64,000 nucleotides of DNA from Gnetum montanum (GCA_015680685.1 MNCI01003186.1:391068-455067); one strand, 5' to 3'. Shown: positions 14,700 to 29,393, numbered from the stretch's first letter. The notes: generated by a model from the sequence alone, not told the origin. Made by a program: numbers and translations.

Positions 14700-16088
14700 T
14701 ATTATTTTATTAATAAACGTTAAACGTTCATAACTTTGTCTCTAGGAATATAATTGAGAAAAAAATGTTGTTGTTGAAATCATATCCTTACATACTTTCT
14801 AATTATGAAATTTGTTTAATCTTTTGGCATCTATATTTTTGAAGGTTACATTAGTAGTCATTTTTATTAAATTATCTGTAGTTCAAGGAGTATGCTTATG
14901 ATAAGAAATTTAGTATATCATGCTATGGTATTATCTTCACCAAGAAAATGTGACTATTACCCTTCGATACATGTAAGAATGTCATATGTTTACTTTGGGG
15001 TGTATTTTTATTAGAAAATGTCATGGCTTAAGTTAGCGTAGATTGGTACATGTCTTTGTGATGACACTTGTAGTAGTTATTGGCAGGTGATGCTAGCATG
15101 AGAGTATGGACTAGTTGGTGATTAGGTACTGTGGAGGTAGTTATGGATTGATCTTCATTATGATCTATTAGTGAGGCTTCTGTCTCAAGCCTAATCTTGA
15201 GAGTGAAAGAATATCGGTGTGTTCATCCTTATGACTAGTATGTGGCATAGGTTTGTATGTCTCTATAGGAAACCTTTGATAAGGCTAGTGGTTGCAAGTC
15301 ATGGGTTGAAAAACCCTAGCATGAGTCAAGTAAATAAAAGACTAATAAAATACTTATAGATAAATGATTGATTATGAGTACATATGGCAACATTTCACAA
15401 GCTACATTGAGTGTAGATATGTTAGCAACAATATGGGTTATGTGTATATGTTAGTATAGCGATCATATGGACTATGTGTGTATGCTAGTAATACTTTGGG
15501 CATCATGGTAATGGTAATATATCTTGTAATTGATCTATGAATGTGTGTTCAATGTGATGAATGATGGTATGGTGTGGATACAGATGCATGGATACCATAG
15601 TGGAAATGAATATGATGTGGAAGGCATGTGACGCACTAGATATATGATTGATTATACTTTATAGTGATTATATCAACCATGTGTTAGTTATATGTTTACT
15701 TTACTAATAATTATGTTAGTATTGAATGTGATATTATATGTGCATGTGTTACTTAGAGCATATGCAAGACTAAATGTTGATGTAGGTTTTTTTATACTAC
15801 ATTCCTTTCTTCTAGTGTAGCACCTATTGGCAATCTAGCTAGGGAATTGTAAAGGCTTTCCACTCTATTTTATACTAACTTGATTTAGTTATAGGTGAAG
15901 GTTGCAAGAGTGTAGGAGAGCACTAAAAGGGCTAATGAGAGAGATGTTTATGAAGGTTGATTGATGTATAGCTCCATGTACAATTTTATGTAACTTGTTC
16001 ATATTTGTATGACTGTTAATGTACTTTTACGTATATGATGTTTATGTTTTTGTATACTATGATAGAAATAAAAATTTTTGGTTTATAT
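14700..16088 (+). mobile_element. Older long-LTR remnant (Tekay/Del-like); left boundary uncertain
   Basis: CATAACTTT..GAATATAATTGAG..TTGAAA..CTTTC motif typical of long chromoviral LTRs. Its 3' part (15795-16088) is duplicated at 16883-17045 + 30293-30423, and that copy ends in GGGATGTTACA at 30640. Confidence 0.5.
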
Positions 16089-17045
16089 CTAGGAAAAGAA
16101 TAGGTTGTTAGAGTTCATGTGAGGTTGAGGTTGCTACTGCTACTATTGTTGCTAGTTAAGCTGTAGTTGATAATCCAGGAGCCTCAAAGCATGAACAGGA
16201 GGAGGAGAAGCAAGAGTAAGAAGGAAAATCTGGTTATCAAAATGAAGAGCCCAAAAGAGGCCTCTACTACTATTGAGACCCTTCATAGGACCACTTAGTA
16301 CTTCTGTAAATCCCATTTGAACCAAACTAAAAGAAAACAAAAGCAAATCCAACAATCTAGAGAAAAACAAAAAAACAAATGAATTATTTTTGCTGGTCTG
16401 ATGATAGGAAGGAAGAAGTAGCAGAGAGCATACAATGCTTAAGCAAATAAAACATTTCTCCCTCCCTTCCTCTTCCTCCATGCATGGATGGACCAAGTTT
16501 TATATGTTACTAGCCTAGATCTGATGGCTCAGGTATGTTCATTGTGATCATTGAAATTCCATCCTCCCCTTCCATTTTCAATGTGCCTCCTACTCCTCCT
16601 CTATGTCCCTATCCATTAAGTGTATATGTGTATTTAACATTAGATGCAACATTAAATCAAAAATGAATGTGCTAGTATTCATTATGATTTTCTTTTAACA
16701 TTTCAAATGAAAAGTATGTTTTTGCAAAAAAAATCATTATTATAGCTACTTTTTCTCTCTTCTCGTTGCATTTTCCAAGGTGTGTTTGGTTTCTCTATTG
16801 TGAGCCTCCATGCCACTACTTCTTCTAAGTCTCTTTCCCTCTTTGATATTGTTACTTTGGTGGTTCACAATGTTGGTTGGGTTACTACATTCCTTTCTTC
16901 TAGTGCAGCACCTATTGGCCATCTCTTAAGGGAAGTGTAAAGGATTTCCACTCTATTTTATATTGACTTGATTTAGTTATAGGTGGAGGCTATAGAAGTG
17001 CATAAGAGCACTAAAAGATCTAATGAGAGAGATGTCTATGAAGGT

Positions 17046-17932
17046 TGATGAAGAGTTCAGTTGATACGTCAATTGGACCATCTTAGTGGAGCCTTGTTGA
17101 TGTGGCCATGTTGATGTGACCCCATCGACATATCCATCCATGCGTTAATGTGACCCTGTTAACGCAAAGTCTATCTCTTGCTATAAATATGCATGCACTT
17201 GTAGCATTTATGGCATCTTTTAGAGTAGTTGTAACCATGTTTTGTAGTTTGTTCCCATAAGAGTTAGAATATTTTCCAAGTGCCCACAACAGGTGTGAGA
17301 AAGGTGTACGACTCTTTATTCAAGTGCTAATGTACCTAAGCCCATTGGTGTGACCAGCAATAAAGACAAGTTTTTTGAGAATTCGTTGTAGCATTTGGAT
17401 TTAATCATTTAAGCATTTTAATAGTTTAATATTTCAATACTTTAATAATTCTAGAAGCTTTTATTATTATCACTTTATTGTTATTGTCCTTTCATATTTA
17501 TGAGAACCATAGGCATGCCCATCTTGAACATATATCAAACACTTGGTAACCTAGTGACGCTTAACATTTGGTAACGTAGTAGTGGTTAGGGTATGCTCAG
17601 GATGTGCATGAAATGTGGGATTAGTTGCTTATGCTAGGGAGAGTTAAATGATAGAGTAGAACAATTGTAATTTACACAACTTTCCATTTCCTAAAATTAA
17701 AGAATTAGACTTTAAAAGATAAAAAGAAAATTAATGATTTGCCTCAATCTCACTTAAGCACCACTTTAGAATATCAGAAGTGAGGATGGGAAGACAATGA
17801 CTATTCTAACTAAGGTTTTGCTAGCTAGAGTTCAGTGTATGCAAGTGCTTGCAGTCTACAGAATTTAATCGAGTCACATGTGAGTGCCCACAATTTGTAT
17901 GGTTGGATGTAGGGGTACCTCATTTCTTATCA
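17046..17932 (+). repeat. 5' LTR of element B
   Basis: TGATGAAGAG...CTTATCA; aligns with 29394-30287. Confidence 0.93.
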
Positions 17933-17951
17933 TTGACACCATTACTAGGGA
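17933..17951 (+). promoter_or_regulatory. Primer-binding site (tRNA-Asp type, decayed)
   Basis: TTGACACCATTACTAGGGA differs from the Athila PBS TTGGCGCCGTTGCCGGGGA only by transitions. A more decayed equivalent follows the element A 5' LTR at 3471. Confidence 0.75.
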
Positions 17952-18097
17952 TTGTTAGTCTTACATGCACTATCTAGTCTTAGCAAGGTCATCATTCACT
18001 TTGTTGGCATGGACCTAGGATAGTAAAATCTATGCATGCTAGGCAGTTTAAGTAAAAGAATAAGGCACACGAGTTGAGTTGTTATCTAATATCAAAA

Positions 18098-21000
18098 ATG
18101 TATTTTTCTCACAGGTGAGATAGATCTCACCCACTAGTGCTATAGGAGTGTTGGGTGATATATGCACATCCAGACGAGTATATCCCCAACTTCACCTTTA
18201 TCCTACATCAGGATGAGCACTTGTGATGGTGGAACATGGAGGGTAACATCATATTACCTCCTGATCTGTCGGTTCCTGGAATGCTACTTCAATATCTTAC
18301 CAGACTGGGCATTCAGGACTGTAGTGTGGAATACATCATGGAGGATCATGACTACTGAGATTATCATCCAACTTAGGCACAACATGCGTGGGACTAGAAA
18401 TAGGCGGAACACCATGAACACTTATAGGCGAAACAATTCAATAACCCTTTGTTCTTGCAGGACCCACATGATAATGAGGAACCTATTTTTCACAATTCCC
18501 ATTTATCTGAACCTCCTCCAATGCATCTAATCATCTAGTCCATCATCCAAAGTAAACAATCAAGTGACCAGGAGCACTAGGATGATGAGGGATCATGCAA
18601 GAAAAATGGTGGAAAAGGGAAATATGGACATGAAGATAAGGGTCATCATCAGAGTAGAGGAGGAGATTGACACTAGGGTGGTGGTAGTTCTCCTCCCTCT
18701 TCTCCATCTTCTCATTCCACCTTGTCTTCACTAAGTTCTGGCTTTGGTCGTAATTGTAGTAGGAAGGATTGAGGCAATGGTGATTAAAAAGACTGACGAG
18801 ATCACGAGGACCAACAGGGACAATGTGAGGAAAAGTGTGACCAATCATGTAAGCATCACTATCAAGAAATGAGAGGCAGCCAAAATCATCATAGATGTCG
18901 TGGCCAACAAAAGGACTATGACTCGGATGAACCACTACTGGCTACTCGAAGCATGCTTAACATAGCCAAGGTGGTTCAAATACCCAGTAGGCACTTGAAA
19001 GATAGTTAAATTAAGTGCCTTGACATGAAAAATATTCTCAAATTTGAAGGGGGATATAATTGTGATCCATAGACTCACTTGGAAGCATTCCATGATGCTT
19101 GCACCTTGTAGAACATAGAAAATGATTGGCAAAAACTTAGCCTATTTCCCTAAACATTCATCAAGGAAGCAAAAAGCTAGTACCAGTCTTTGGAGCTGGA
19201 ATTAATCAGGAAATGGAGTACAATGCTGGAAATTTTCAATGATAAATACCAAACCTACTCTAGAGTGGCTAATATGAAAAAATAGATCCAAAGGTGGAAA
19301 CAGGGTGGTCATGAACCCTTGGATGTAGCCATGGGAAAATATTACTCATTGTTACACTAATGCCTTGGTCATGGCTACTCTCAGTAGGAATAGCTCTGCC
19401 ATATCATATATGGGCTTCACTTTGAAATAAGAAAGACCATGGGTGTTTATGCTTAGGGATAGATATATGAATTAAGGGTCCATTAGCTAGAGTTCCTAAT
19501 TAAGCAAGTGGCTAAAGAAGATTGGGAATTATGGAAAAAAGAGAGTGCATAAGAGTATAATTGGGACTCTTCCATTTGAAGGAAGGAAGTTTGATTTTGT
19601 GAAGAGGAGGAAGAATCATCATTGGATGCAGTGATGGACCAAAAAAACTTGCCCATACAAAAATTTACCTCTAAAATTTTGGCCAAGGTTGACAAGATGT
19701 AAGATTCTTTGAACGAAAGGTTCAAAAGCATCCTAAAAATCATGGAGGAATCCAAGGAGTGAAGTAATGAGAGAGATCGAAAAAGGAGAAGAGAAGTTGA
19801 ACATGCCTACCATAAAGGTAAGGAAAAAGTTGTTGCAGTAGAATAGGTTGTAGACTCTGACATAGAGGAGGATGATGGATATGACATATGCTTGTACAAA
19901 CATCCTAAGGGGTGTTGCCTGGTGGTGTCACATCTACAAGAGTCTGGGATGTATGCACTGAATCCTCGTTTGGAAAAAAGGAAAACACCCTGGAGATTGC
20001 CTTATCCACAAGGCAATCCCAGGCAGTTCCACTAGCAATAAGGATATTACCCAAGTGGAGCACCACTGCAACCCTACAAATATTACCCAAGATGGAAACA
20101 TCCACAATTATGGGGGATGCGACCTTCAAGGCAACAGTACCCTTATAAATAGCTAGATCCTTACAGGTACTACATTCAGCAACCCATCTTCCCATGGGAC
20201 TTTTCTAGTCACATGACATTTCAAACTCATTACCACCCCCCAAAATTCTTTCGAACATAGTCTCCATCACCTAGGGGGGAGAACCCACATCTATACTATC
20301 CTCCATCACATTCTCCTACCATGCCTACTCCTCAAACCCTGACTCAACTACCTCCTGCTCCACCTATTTAGGGAGAGATACCACCATAACCATAGCAACG
20401 TAATGCCACGAGGGCTATCAACTTATAGCTAGCTTCTTAGCTGAGTGGACTAGAATAAAAACCATGGAAATGCCCTTTCTTCCTGCCCAATAACCTAAAC
20501 ATACCCTCACACTCACCTATGGCCAATGCCTCTAAACCTGCAATCACCTCCACCATTCAACCCTTCGAGAAACCTTCCAATCAAACACCCTCCACAGTAT
20601 AAACTATCATGCTCGCATACATTGTGATAGACTAGATAAAGGTAGGTCATCTCCCTAAGAAATTGACTAATTTGGGGAGTCCCCTCATATACCTTCAAGT
20701 GGCAGGAAACAAACCATGCAAATATCTCTTTGATTTAGGGTCAAGTGTCAATTTGATTCCACATGATATGTAAAAGATGTGGAAATGAAGAAAAGAAATA
20801 TCTAGCTCGAGTTGGCAGACCAATCCATAACTGTACCCTTGGAATTTCTAGAAGATATCATGACCACCATTTGTGGGTGGTCCTATCCTATTAACTTCCT
20901 AGTCATTTGGGTTGATAATTGCAAGGGGAATTTTTCAATTATAATGGGGAGAGCCTAGCTTACCACAATGGATGCATGATTAGGACTCTAAGATCTTTCC

Positions 21001-24000
21001 CTTAAAATTTTAAAATAAAATCCTTTTGGAAAGATCAAGAAGAAACATGTTCCATGCATTGCGTACAGTGACTTAGGGTGCAACTGTCTGCAACAACTTT
21101 GGTCCACTAAGGAGACATTTATTCAAGGATGTAGTTGGTATGCCAAAGAATCACAAGTGATATGATGCCTGTATGCAGTAGCCATGAATCAAGAAGGCAC
21201 ACAGTGGCTAACCACTAACTCTGATAGTAGCACTTTATACATGGAACCATTTGAGGGCCTTGTATGTGCCTATATGAAAAGCATGGATGAATTGGAAAAG
21301 GTCCATCAACAAGTCTCTATTGTTGATGACAATGATGGTTGGGGAAAGCTAAAGATCCCTAAAAGCTTTCAATAGGAGCCCTTGGAACTGAAAATCTTAT
21401 CGGCCAATTTGGAATATGCATTCTTGTAGAATGGCAAGCCAATAATCATCAATGCCACTCTTGCTCCTAAGCAAAGGAAGAAATTGCTAAAAATAACAAA
21501 CAAATGGATGGTTGCTTTTGCATGGTCATATCATGAATTGATAGGAGTTGACCCTAGGGTATGCCAACATCGGATCTATATTGACTCCTCCATGAAGCCA
21601 TAATGACAACCACAAAGATGGTTGAACCCTAAACTAAAGCAAGTTGTCAAGGATGAAATTGAATAATTATTGAAAGTCCGATTCATCTATTCTATTATAG
21701 ATAGTGAATGGGTCAACCCACTCATTATTGTGTCAAAGAAGGATGGCAAATGGAGGGTTTGTATAGATTTCTGACTACTAAACATGGAAACCTTCAAGGA
21801 TCACTTCCCACTTTCATTTTTCAATCAAGTGCTGGATACTATTGCAGGGCATTGTTACTATAGCTTTTTGGATGGTTATAGTGGCTATAACCAAATCCAA
21901 ATCAAACTCAAAGACTAGTCCAGGATAACATTTACAAGTCCCTGGGGGACTTTCGCATATAAGAAGATGCACTTTGGCCTATGCAATGCACCTACAACCT
22001 TCCAAAGCCTTGTCCTTAATATCTTTCAGCAACAGATTGGAAATGGGGTAGAAGTCTTCATGGATGAATTCTCTACCTATGGAGCACATTTGAACAAGGC
22101 TTGGACCACCTTGAGAAAGTTTTAAAAATATGTGTGGAAACAAATTTATAGCTCAACTGCAAAAGAGCCACTTGATGGTCCAAGAGGGCATTGTTCTAGG
22201 GCATCACATTTCACAAGCAGGGATTGGTGTAGATCTTGAGAAAACTAGAATCATCCAAGGAATCACTAGTTAACGAAGTACTATAAAATATGTTCGATCA
22301 TTCCTTGGCCACATTGGTTATTATTGATGCTTCATCGATAATTTCTTGAAGATCACCAAGCTTTTGGTGGAGCTAACAAAGAAAGATGCTCTGTTTGTCT
22401 AGACTCATAGAAACTCCAATTCTATAGGTACCCAAATGATTTAGACCTTTTCATATCATGATAGGTACATCTAATTATACATTGGAAGCAATGCTTACAC
22501 AGTTGGATGACCAGAGATGCCCATATTATATCCACTATGCAAGCCAAAGCATTGTGGGTGCTCAGCTCAACTACACCACCACCAAAAAGGAATTAATGGT
22601 GGTGGTGTTCACCTTGGAAAAATTCTAACACTATGTGCTTAGGTACAAGGTGTTTGTACATACTAACCATAATGCCATTCAGTTCCTAATGAACAAATCA
22701 ATGGTGAGTCTCCATATCATAAGGTGGCTTGTGATCCTTTAGGAATTTGACCTTACTATGGTGGACAGGAAGGGAACTAAGAATGTGATTATTGACCACT
22801 TATCTCGGTTACGATGGGATGGTGCAAAGGAGTAGGAGCCACTCTTTGATCAATTTATAGATGAACTCCTCTTCACTGGAGAAATTGATAAGAAGATGCC
22901 CACAAGATCAACCTAGTTAAGTGACATACTCAGCTATCTCTCAACACAAGAATTACCAAAAGAGTGGGATCATCGGAAGAAGTAGCAGTTTCTTGACAAG
23001 GCCAAGCATTTCATGAAAATCAATGGACACCTTTATAAGGTGTGTACAGATGGCTTGATTTGATGGTGCATCCCTAATGTGGATACACTGCATGTCCTCT
23101 AGGATGCTCACAAGGGCCCTTGTGGGGGCCACTATGCTAGACGATGCACAATCATTAAGATCCTACTTATGGGATATGATTGACCCACACTCTTCAGAGA
23201 TGCACAATGGTTCACTCGCTCCTATGAATGATGTCAGAGAGATGGTGGGATAATCGTATGAATGGAGGGACCCTAACAATGGATCCAGACACTGGAACCC
23301 TTTGATATTTGGGGCATCAACTTCATGGGTTCCATCACACCCATGTCAAATGGGAAGGTTTACATCATTGTCACTGTAGACTACTGTACTAAGTGGGAAG
23401 AGGCTGCAATCGTTACTGACTATTCCTAAAACATAGCCACATGGTTTGTCCAACAAAAAATTGTAAATAGGTTTGGAGTGCCATGTGCACTCATTTTAGA
23501 CAACAGAGCTTATTTCATGGGCACTACTTTTCGTAAACTTATGCAACACTTGGGGGTCGAACATAAATTTACAACACCTTATCACCCCAAGCTAATGGGC
23601 AAGCCAAAGTTACAAATAAGGAGATTACAAGGATCCTAACTAGGACCATTAGCAAATATACGAGATATTGGAGCAAAAAACTTAATGATGCCCTTTGGGC
23701 CTATCACCTCACATGGAAACTTCCTATAGGCTACTCTCCTTACGAGTTAGTGTACAAGAAGCTATTGAAACTTCTAGTTTAGGTAGAACTCTAAACACTA
23801 TCTACTACTAGTGACTTAGGTCTTGACTTATCACTAGCACAATGAGAATGACTCATCAACTTGAATGTGCTAGATGAGAATCAACTAGTAGTCCTATCAT
23901 CAAATGAAATCCACAAGGCCTATAATAAAAATCATCATGATCTTAGGATTTGAAAGGTAACACTTCGACATGGAGATAAGGTACTCTACTAGAACCCCAC

Positions 24001-24155
24001 ACATGTACCACAAAATACTAAGTTTCAAACACTGTGGGAGGGGCCTTATATTGTTTGTGAAACCTTTTCGTCTAGGTCCTTGCTTATACACAAACCTAAG
24101 AATCCCACAAAAACATAGTTAGTTAATACAAAATAATTAAAACCCTTCCATGAAC
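18098..24155 (+). pseudogene. gag-pol polyprotein of element B (disrupted)
   Basis: Gag KFEGGYNCDP; protease LFDLGSSVNLI (~20725); RT KWRVCIDF, FLDGYSGYNQI, VFMDEF; RNase H NYTTTKKELM, KNVIIDHLSRL; integrase HKGPCGGHY, WGINFMG, LNDALWAY, LKPFH. Confidence 0.92.
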
Positions 24156-25811
24156 TCCAAAAAATCAGTGCCACTACCCTCTCACATAGCCAACCTCGTT
24201 CCATTTTTCAAATCTCCTCCTCTCAACTTAGTCATGAGGGAGATCACCTTCCATGCTAATCAATTCTACTGACACCTCAGTTGTTTTTGTAAGTTTTTTT
24301 TTTTACAAAATCATTCATATATTTGCCATTCTTGCTTACTTTTTCTTTCTTTATTTAATTATCTATTTATTTGTCTATTTTTCTATATATATGTATGTAT
24401 GTGCTTATCTTCTAGTTGTTTTATACTTTTTATTAATAAGCTATCTTATTGTCATAGGATGTATTGGTGTGGTTGTTTCTCTTTGCAATGGGTTGCATGA
24501 TATGGTCCACCTATTATATCTAGTTTCTGCCTTCACATTGTTGTTCTAGGTAGTCACGTTGAACTCTCATTTCATGCAATAGGTAGTGAGTCCATGTCAT
24601 CCACACATCCACCCACTCCATGATTTTCCTTCTTTTGGAAACATGCAATCCCTTTTAATTAAAAACCACTTTAATTAATTCATGGCTTTCATAGTTTCTA
24701 GACTTGAGAAGGATCCAATGATTTGAACAGGGTATGACTTCAAGGGGAATGCAAAATTCTTCATACTTTTCTATTCCCTTGCATGCAAGCATGTCCTCAT
24801 AGACTTCTTACCACTTCATATCCTCTCCTAACCAAAAGTTACATGGCAATTTATCCTTGCATGGTGTGGTCCTCGTCACAAAAGAAAAAAAAAAAGAGGA
24901 TTCAAAGCACATCCCTTGGCCAAATGCATGTAAAAGCACATGGGTCTTTGCATGGTGTGGTTCCTAGAAAAAAACTAAAATAAACACATAGGAATTCAAA
25001 GCACATCCCTTAGACCATCTCTAATGGGCTAGAAGCACTAGTTATGGAACTTTCTTTGTCCCTTCTAACTTAACCCTTTTTTACTTTCTCTCGCTCACTC
25101 ATGTTGGAGTGATGGTTGTTTGTAGGAGCACTCTTGTGCCCAAGGGGATGGAATAGTCTTTGAATCTTGATGTGATGTCACTGAATGTGGTTGGTTTGGG
25201 TTTAGACTAATGATGGATCCTTCTAGGTTACTTAATTACACACTTTACAAGGGATTTCATGTGACCAACATTAGGAATTCCATCTCACTCCCTCTTCTCT
25301 TCATCATTTGCTTTCCATTATTCACCTCATTGCTAGTTCTATGTCTTGAATGTCTATCGTGCTCTACTAGAACTTCTAATTCTTTGACTAGTTCTCATGG
25401 ATTTGGGTATTAACTTATGGTCACCATTAATTAACTATAGGGCCCATGATTAGGGCCCACGAACTCCTATGTTAACGATATGCAAGGGCTACTGAGGCTA
25501 CCGCCTGCTATGGGGAGGATCCACTTGCATATCCTTTAGTTCCATTTATTAATCTCCTATCCCCTTGATCTAGTTGGTTGATCATTTCTATGTTAACCAT
25601 TGCATGGTCCCTCATCCACAAAGTTCCATACTATGACATTTTCCTACCTTTGACTCTTCTTCTAGTTACAATCTTCCTTCCTCTTTCACACATACTATTC
25701 TCTAGTCTTTGTGACCTCGAATCACCCCCATGTTGTGCTCTAATTCATAGCTTTGGACTTTTTCTTTAATGGTCAATGTAGGTCAACATTCAAAGCACAA
25801 CTGTGACAACT

Positions 25812-26321
25812 AGGCCCCGTATACACATCCCCCTACGTTTATGTAGCCTCGTCTATGTAGCCCCATCGATGCATGGAAAAAATCCTATATATACCAACAT
25901 TGCACCTTTGAACTTTGTCCATTTATACATATAGCTAGGGGAGATTTTCCATTTTTCTGCACCACATCTTCTTTCCACGCACCTAATTTTCCTAATGCAT
26001 GTCCTAATCTACCCATCCTTTCCCTCTTTCACAACCAGAGGTATGCTCTTCATTGTTGGGGGGGGGGGGTGAGGTCTATAATTATTATTGTTATAATTAT
26101 TAAAGACTTAACACCTCTTAGGGGATAGACAACACAAAATTAAAAAAAACACTATAAATTGCAACTCATTTCTTATAATTTTTTCTAACCTCTCAACTAT
26201 ACTCTGGGGAACCTAATAGGATGCACGTGCCATTGTCATAGCTTGGTCAAAATGAGAAGGTATATGATTGTCATTTTAAGTAGCTTACACATTTTAATTC
26301 ATGGTTATGCTATGACTGTAG
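25812..26321 (+). promoter_or_regulatory. Putative internal promoter and 5'UTR intron for the extra ORF
   Basis: LTR-U3-like motifs (GGCCCCGTATACAC, CCCCATCGATGCAT), then CTATATATA (~25885), donor AG|GTATG at 26041 and acceptor TGACTGTAG ending at 26321, immediately before ATG 26322. Confidence 0.45.
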
Positions 26322-29205
26322 ATGGCACCCAAACTAAGGCATCCAAGGGGAGAAGGACCATCCTAACCAAGGGACAAGTGACCTAGAATGGGAAGAGGAC
26401 AAGGTGTGTAACCTCTAGAGCATGTGGAGGGCTCACACGCAACTGGCCCCCTTGGTGGAGAACCTGACATGGAATCTGTTCATTAGATACCTGAAATGGA
26501 CATCCCTAGTGAATAATTGCAAAGGGATGAGACTCCTGTGGTAGTGCCACAACTTGAGGTCACCTTGACCCAAGCTTGTATTGATGCTATCAAGCTGAGG
26601 GAGCTACAACAAACAGTCCTTTAGGAGTTAAACTTTAGACCATTTCTAGAGAATGCACCAGAGAAAGTCAAACCCAAATTGCAAAATTCTCCTATGTGGC
26701 CAATCATCACCTCCAGTGGTGAATGGTACCTAGGAGAAACTTACGTCTTCTAGATGAATTGGCAACTAGGGTCCAGAGTAAGAATCAAAGACATTCATGT
26801 CTCTTACTCTACTGAAGAAATTGCACAAGCTCTAGGGTTTCCAGAGATCAGAGCTGACATGGAAGAGATCCCCAAACAAGTAGACCCTAAGGTAAAAGGG
26901 GAGTGGATCAGGTGGTGCTATGGGGTAGAACGTAAGGATTTTGGGACCCTAACCACTGTAGAGAGGGTTTATTCAAAAATTGCATCTTACCACTTGAATT
27001 TAACAGTAAGACCCAGCAAGATCACTACCTTCCCTACTCGTGCATGTGTCGCTCTAAGTGGAAAGTTCCCAATCAACCTTCCACAGTTTCTTTTCCTGGA
27101 GATTGAGAAGATATTTTTTGAAAATGGATGTGGGAAGCAAGCTCTACCCTTTCCTTTCCTAATTAGAAAATTGTGTAAAAGGGCAAGGATAGCATGATAC
27201 ACCAATGACACACTTTGTCATGCTCCAATTACCTCGTGATGCAAGATGATGAAGGAAAAACTTCAGCCACAACAAAACTTAGGAAAGAGTAGCAACCACC
27301 TCCACTGCCTATGCAAACAACAAGGCCAAGCTCACAAATAATCACAGAACACATACACGAGATTCAACCATTACTCTTGAGCCAATAAGTGCAATCAGTA
27401 GAAACTAGTGGAGGAGAAGACCCTTCAGTCTATCACCCTACGATGAGCCATCTTGAATAAGTGGCTCAATCAGTGAGTCTACTAGAGAGTTCAGGGTCAA
27501 TGTTTTTTTTTGCTCGAGTGCAAGTGCCTACTAGAATTGATCCCAATGTTTGAGAAGTATCATTGTCCACCCAATAGTTATTTCCTAAAATTTCAGGAAA
27601 TGCCACTACTTTTTCAGTGCACTTGGAGGATGGAGAGGGGTCGACTATCTTGGTAATGCAACAATAGGGATAAGAAGTTGAAGCTAAAGTGGTTGCTAAC
27701 ATAATTGATATGACACTTAATGCACCTACGGCACTTGTACCGGATGTACATGAACTTGAAGATGTACAGATGTCTGCAGGAACTTCTTGTAGTAGAATCA
27801 ATGCAGCCCAACATGAAGAGTTGTTAGATCAACTAGTGGGAATTGGGCAACTACTTTTGAATATCTTTGAGCTTCCAGACAACATTATTATGACCTAGTC
27901 AAAGTTGCTCTCAGCAAGGGGCAAGTGCCTCATCTTGGAGGGGCAACTTGAAGTGGCACAAGCGGATCATCAATGCTTGGCAGTGGAAGTTGCCTAATTA
28001 AGGGTCCAACTTGCTAACCCAGCTCTTCTCGACCACGAACTTACCAAGGATGAAGCTTTTCAATAGTTTCAAACCAAACTTTGGAAGGTTGAAGATGAGT
28101 GAGAGTTGGTAATATTTAACAAGTCATTAACAAATGCCCATACTTACCATCTAAACAAGGATTTTGTAGAGGTTCACCAGGAGAATGTTAGGCTAATTGC
28201 AGAAGTTCATCGCTTGAAAAATGTTGGTGTTGAGAATCAACACATGAAAGACTTCATCCATCAACAATAGGAGAAGATAGTTAAGGTAAACATTGATGTG
28301 AGGAGATTGGTAGCTGAAAGTTGTAATTTGTTTATGGAGGAAGTTTGAGCCTTATGACAAAAATTAGCAATTGAGATCACCAATTGGAAAAATGAGGCCC
28401 TTAAGTTTTAATGAGTTAAAAATCACTATAGGGACCAAGTGGGATTACAAAAAGAAGTAAATGAAAAAGATATTCAAGTCACAAAGGCTAAAATGAACCA
28501 AGCACCCTAGAAACTCTAGGAAGGAGGTGAGGTGTGGCAGCCCATCTTCGATGGCTTGAATGCCTACAACTAGGCCAAGATCTACCTCAAAGAGCTACAA
28601 ATTTAAGAAATGATAGAATACATGGAGTTATCAAATCTCTGTTATGTAAACCTAGCAATGCTAATAGTTGGAAGGCCATGGTTAGACTTGGAGAAACAAG
28701 TGGCCACCTCGTATTCTTTATACAAGGGTGAGTTCCAAGCACATAAAGAGATAAAGAAAAGCTAGAAATAGCCAAAGTAGAACTTGAAGTTCTTCGCACT
28801 CATTTTGAAGGATAACGTACAGTTATAGAGAAATTGGCCCAACAAATGAACAACTACGAATATCTATAGATATCAATCTAAGTGTTCGATATTGAACAAA
28901 AATAATTCATTTCTTGGTTTGTCAATTTGAAGGAAATCTTTCCTGCACTTCCATGTCCTTGGGATGTTCCCATTCTGACACACATTGGTGAAGTTTCTTG
29001 GATAGTGAATGATCCTAGAAGAAAATAAGATAAAATGAGGGCATTGTTGGAGGCTTTTCAATTGCCTCTGAAAGTTTTAGCTGCTACAGGGAAACCATCA
29101 TCAACACCACAACAGCCACATGCACGAAAACCTGGTTAAGGCCTGTCAGAACCACCACCACCAGGGACAGTGTGACCTTCTCCAACAACTTTAGAATTTT
29201 TTTGG
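26322..29205 (+). pseudogene. Athila-type extra (env-like) ORF: plant transposon-protein domain plus long coiled coil, disrupted
   Basis: Starts MAPKLRHPRG, in frame with ORF 26754-27197, which ends PINLPQFLF..LPFPFLIRKLCKRARI (typical Athila extra-ORF motif LPFPxLIxxLC). E/K/L/Q-rich heptads at ~27800-28870. Confidence 0.75.
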
Positions 29206-29393
29206 TAGGGTATCCAATTTTATCTCTGAACATCCTAATTCTGTAATTTATTTTTTTTGTATACCTAGGCACTTGGTATGTTAATAGAGTCAGTGTGTGT
29301 GTAAATGTGTTTTGTCGTGTGTACTATCAATAACTTTGTACCTTCCAAATTGTAATAAACTCAAGGATGATTTTTCACTCAGTTGTGGGGCTA

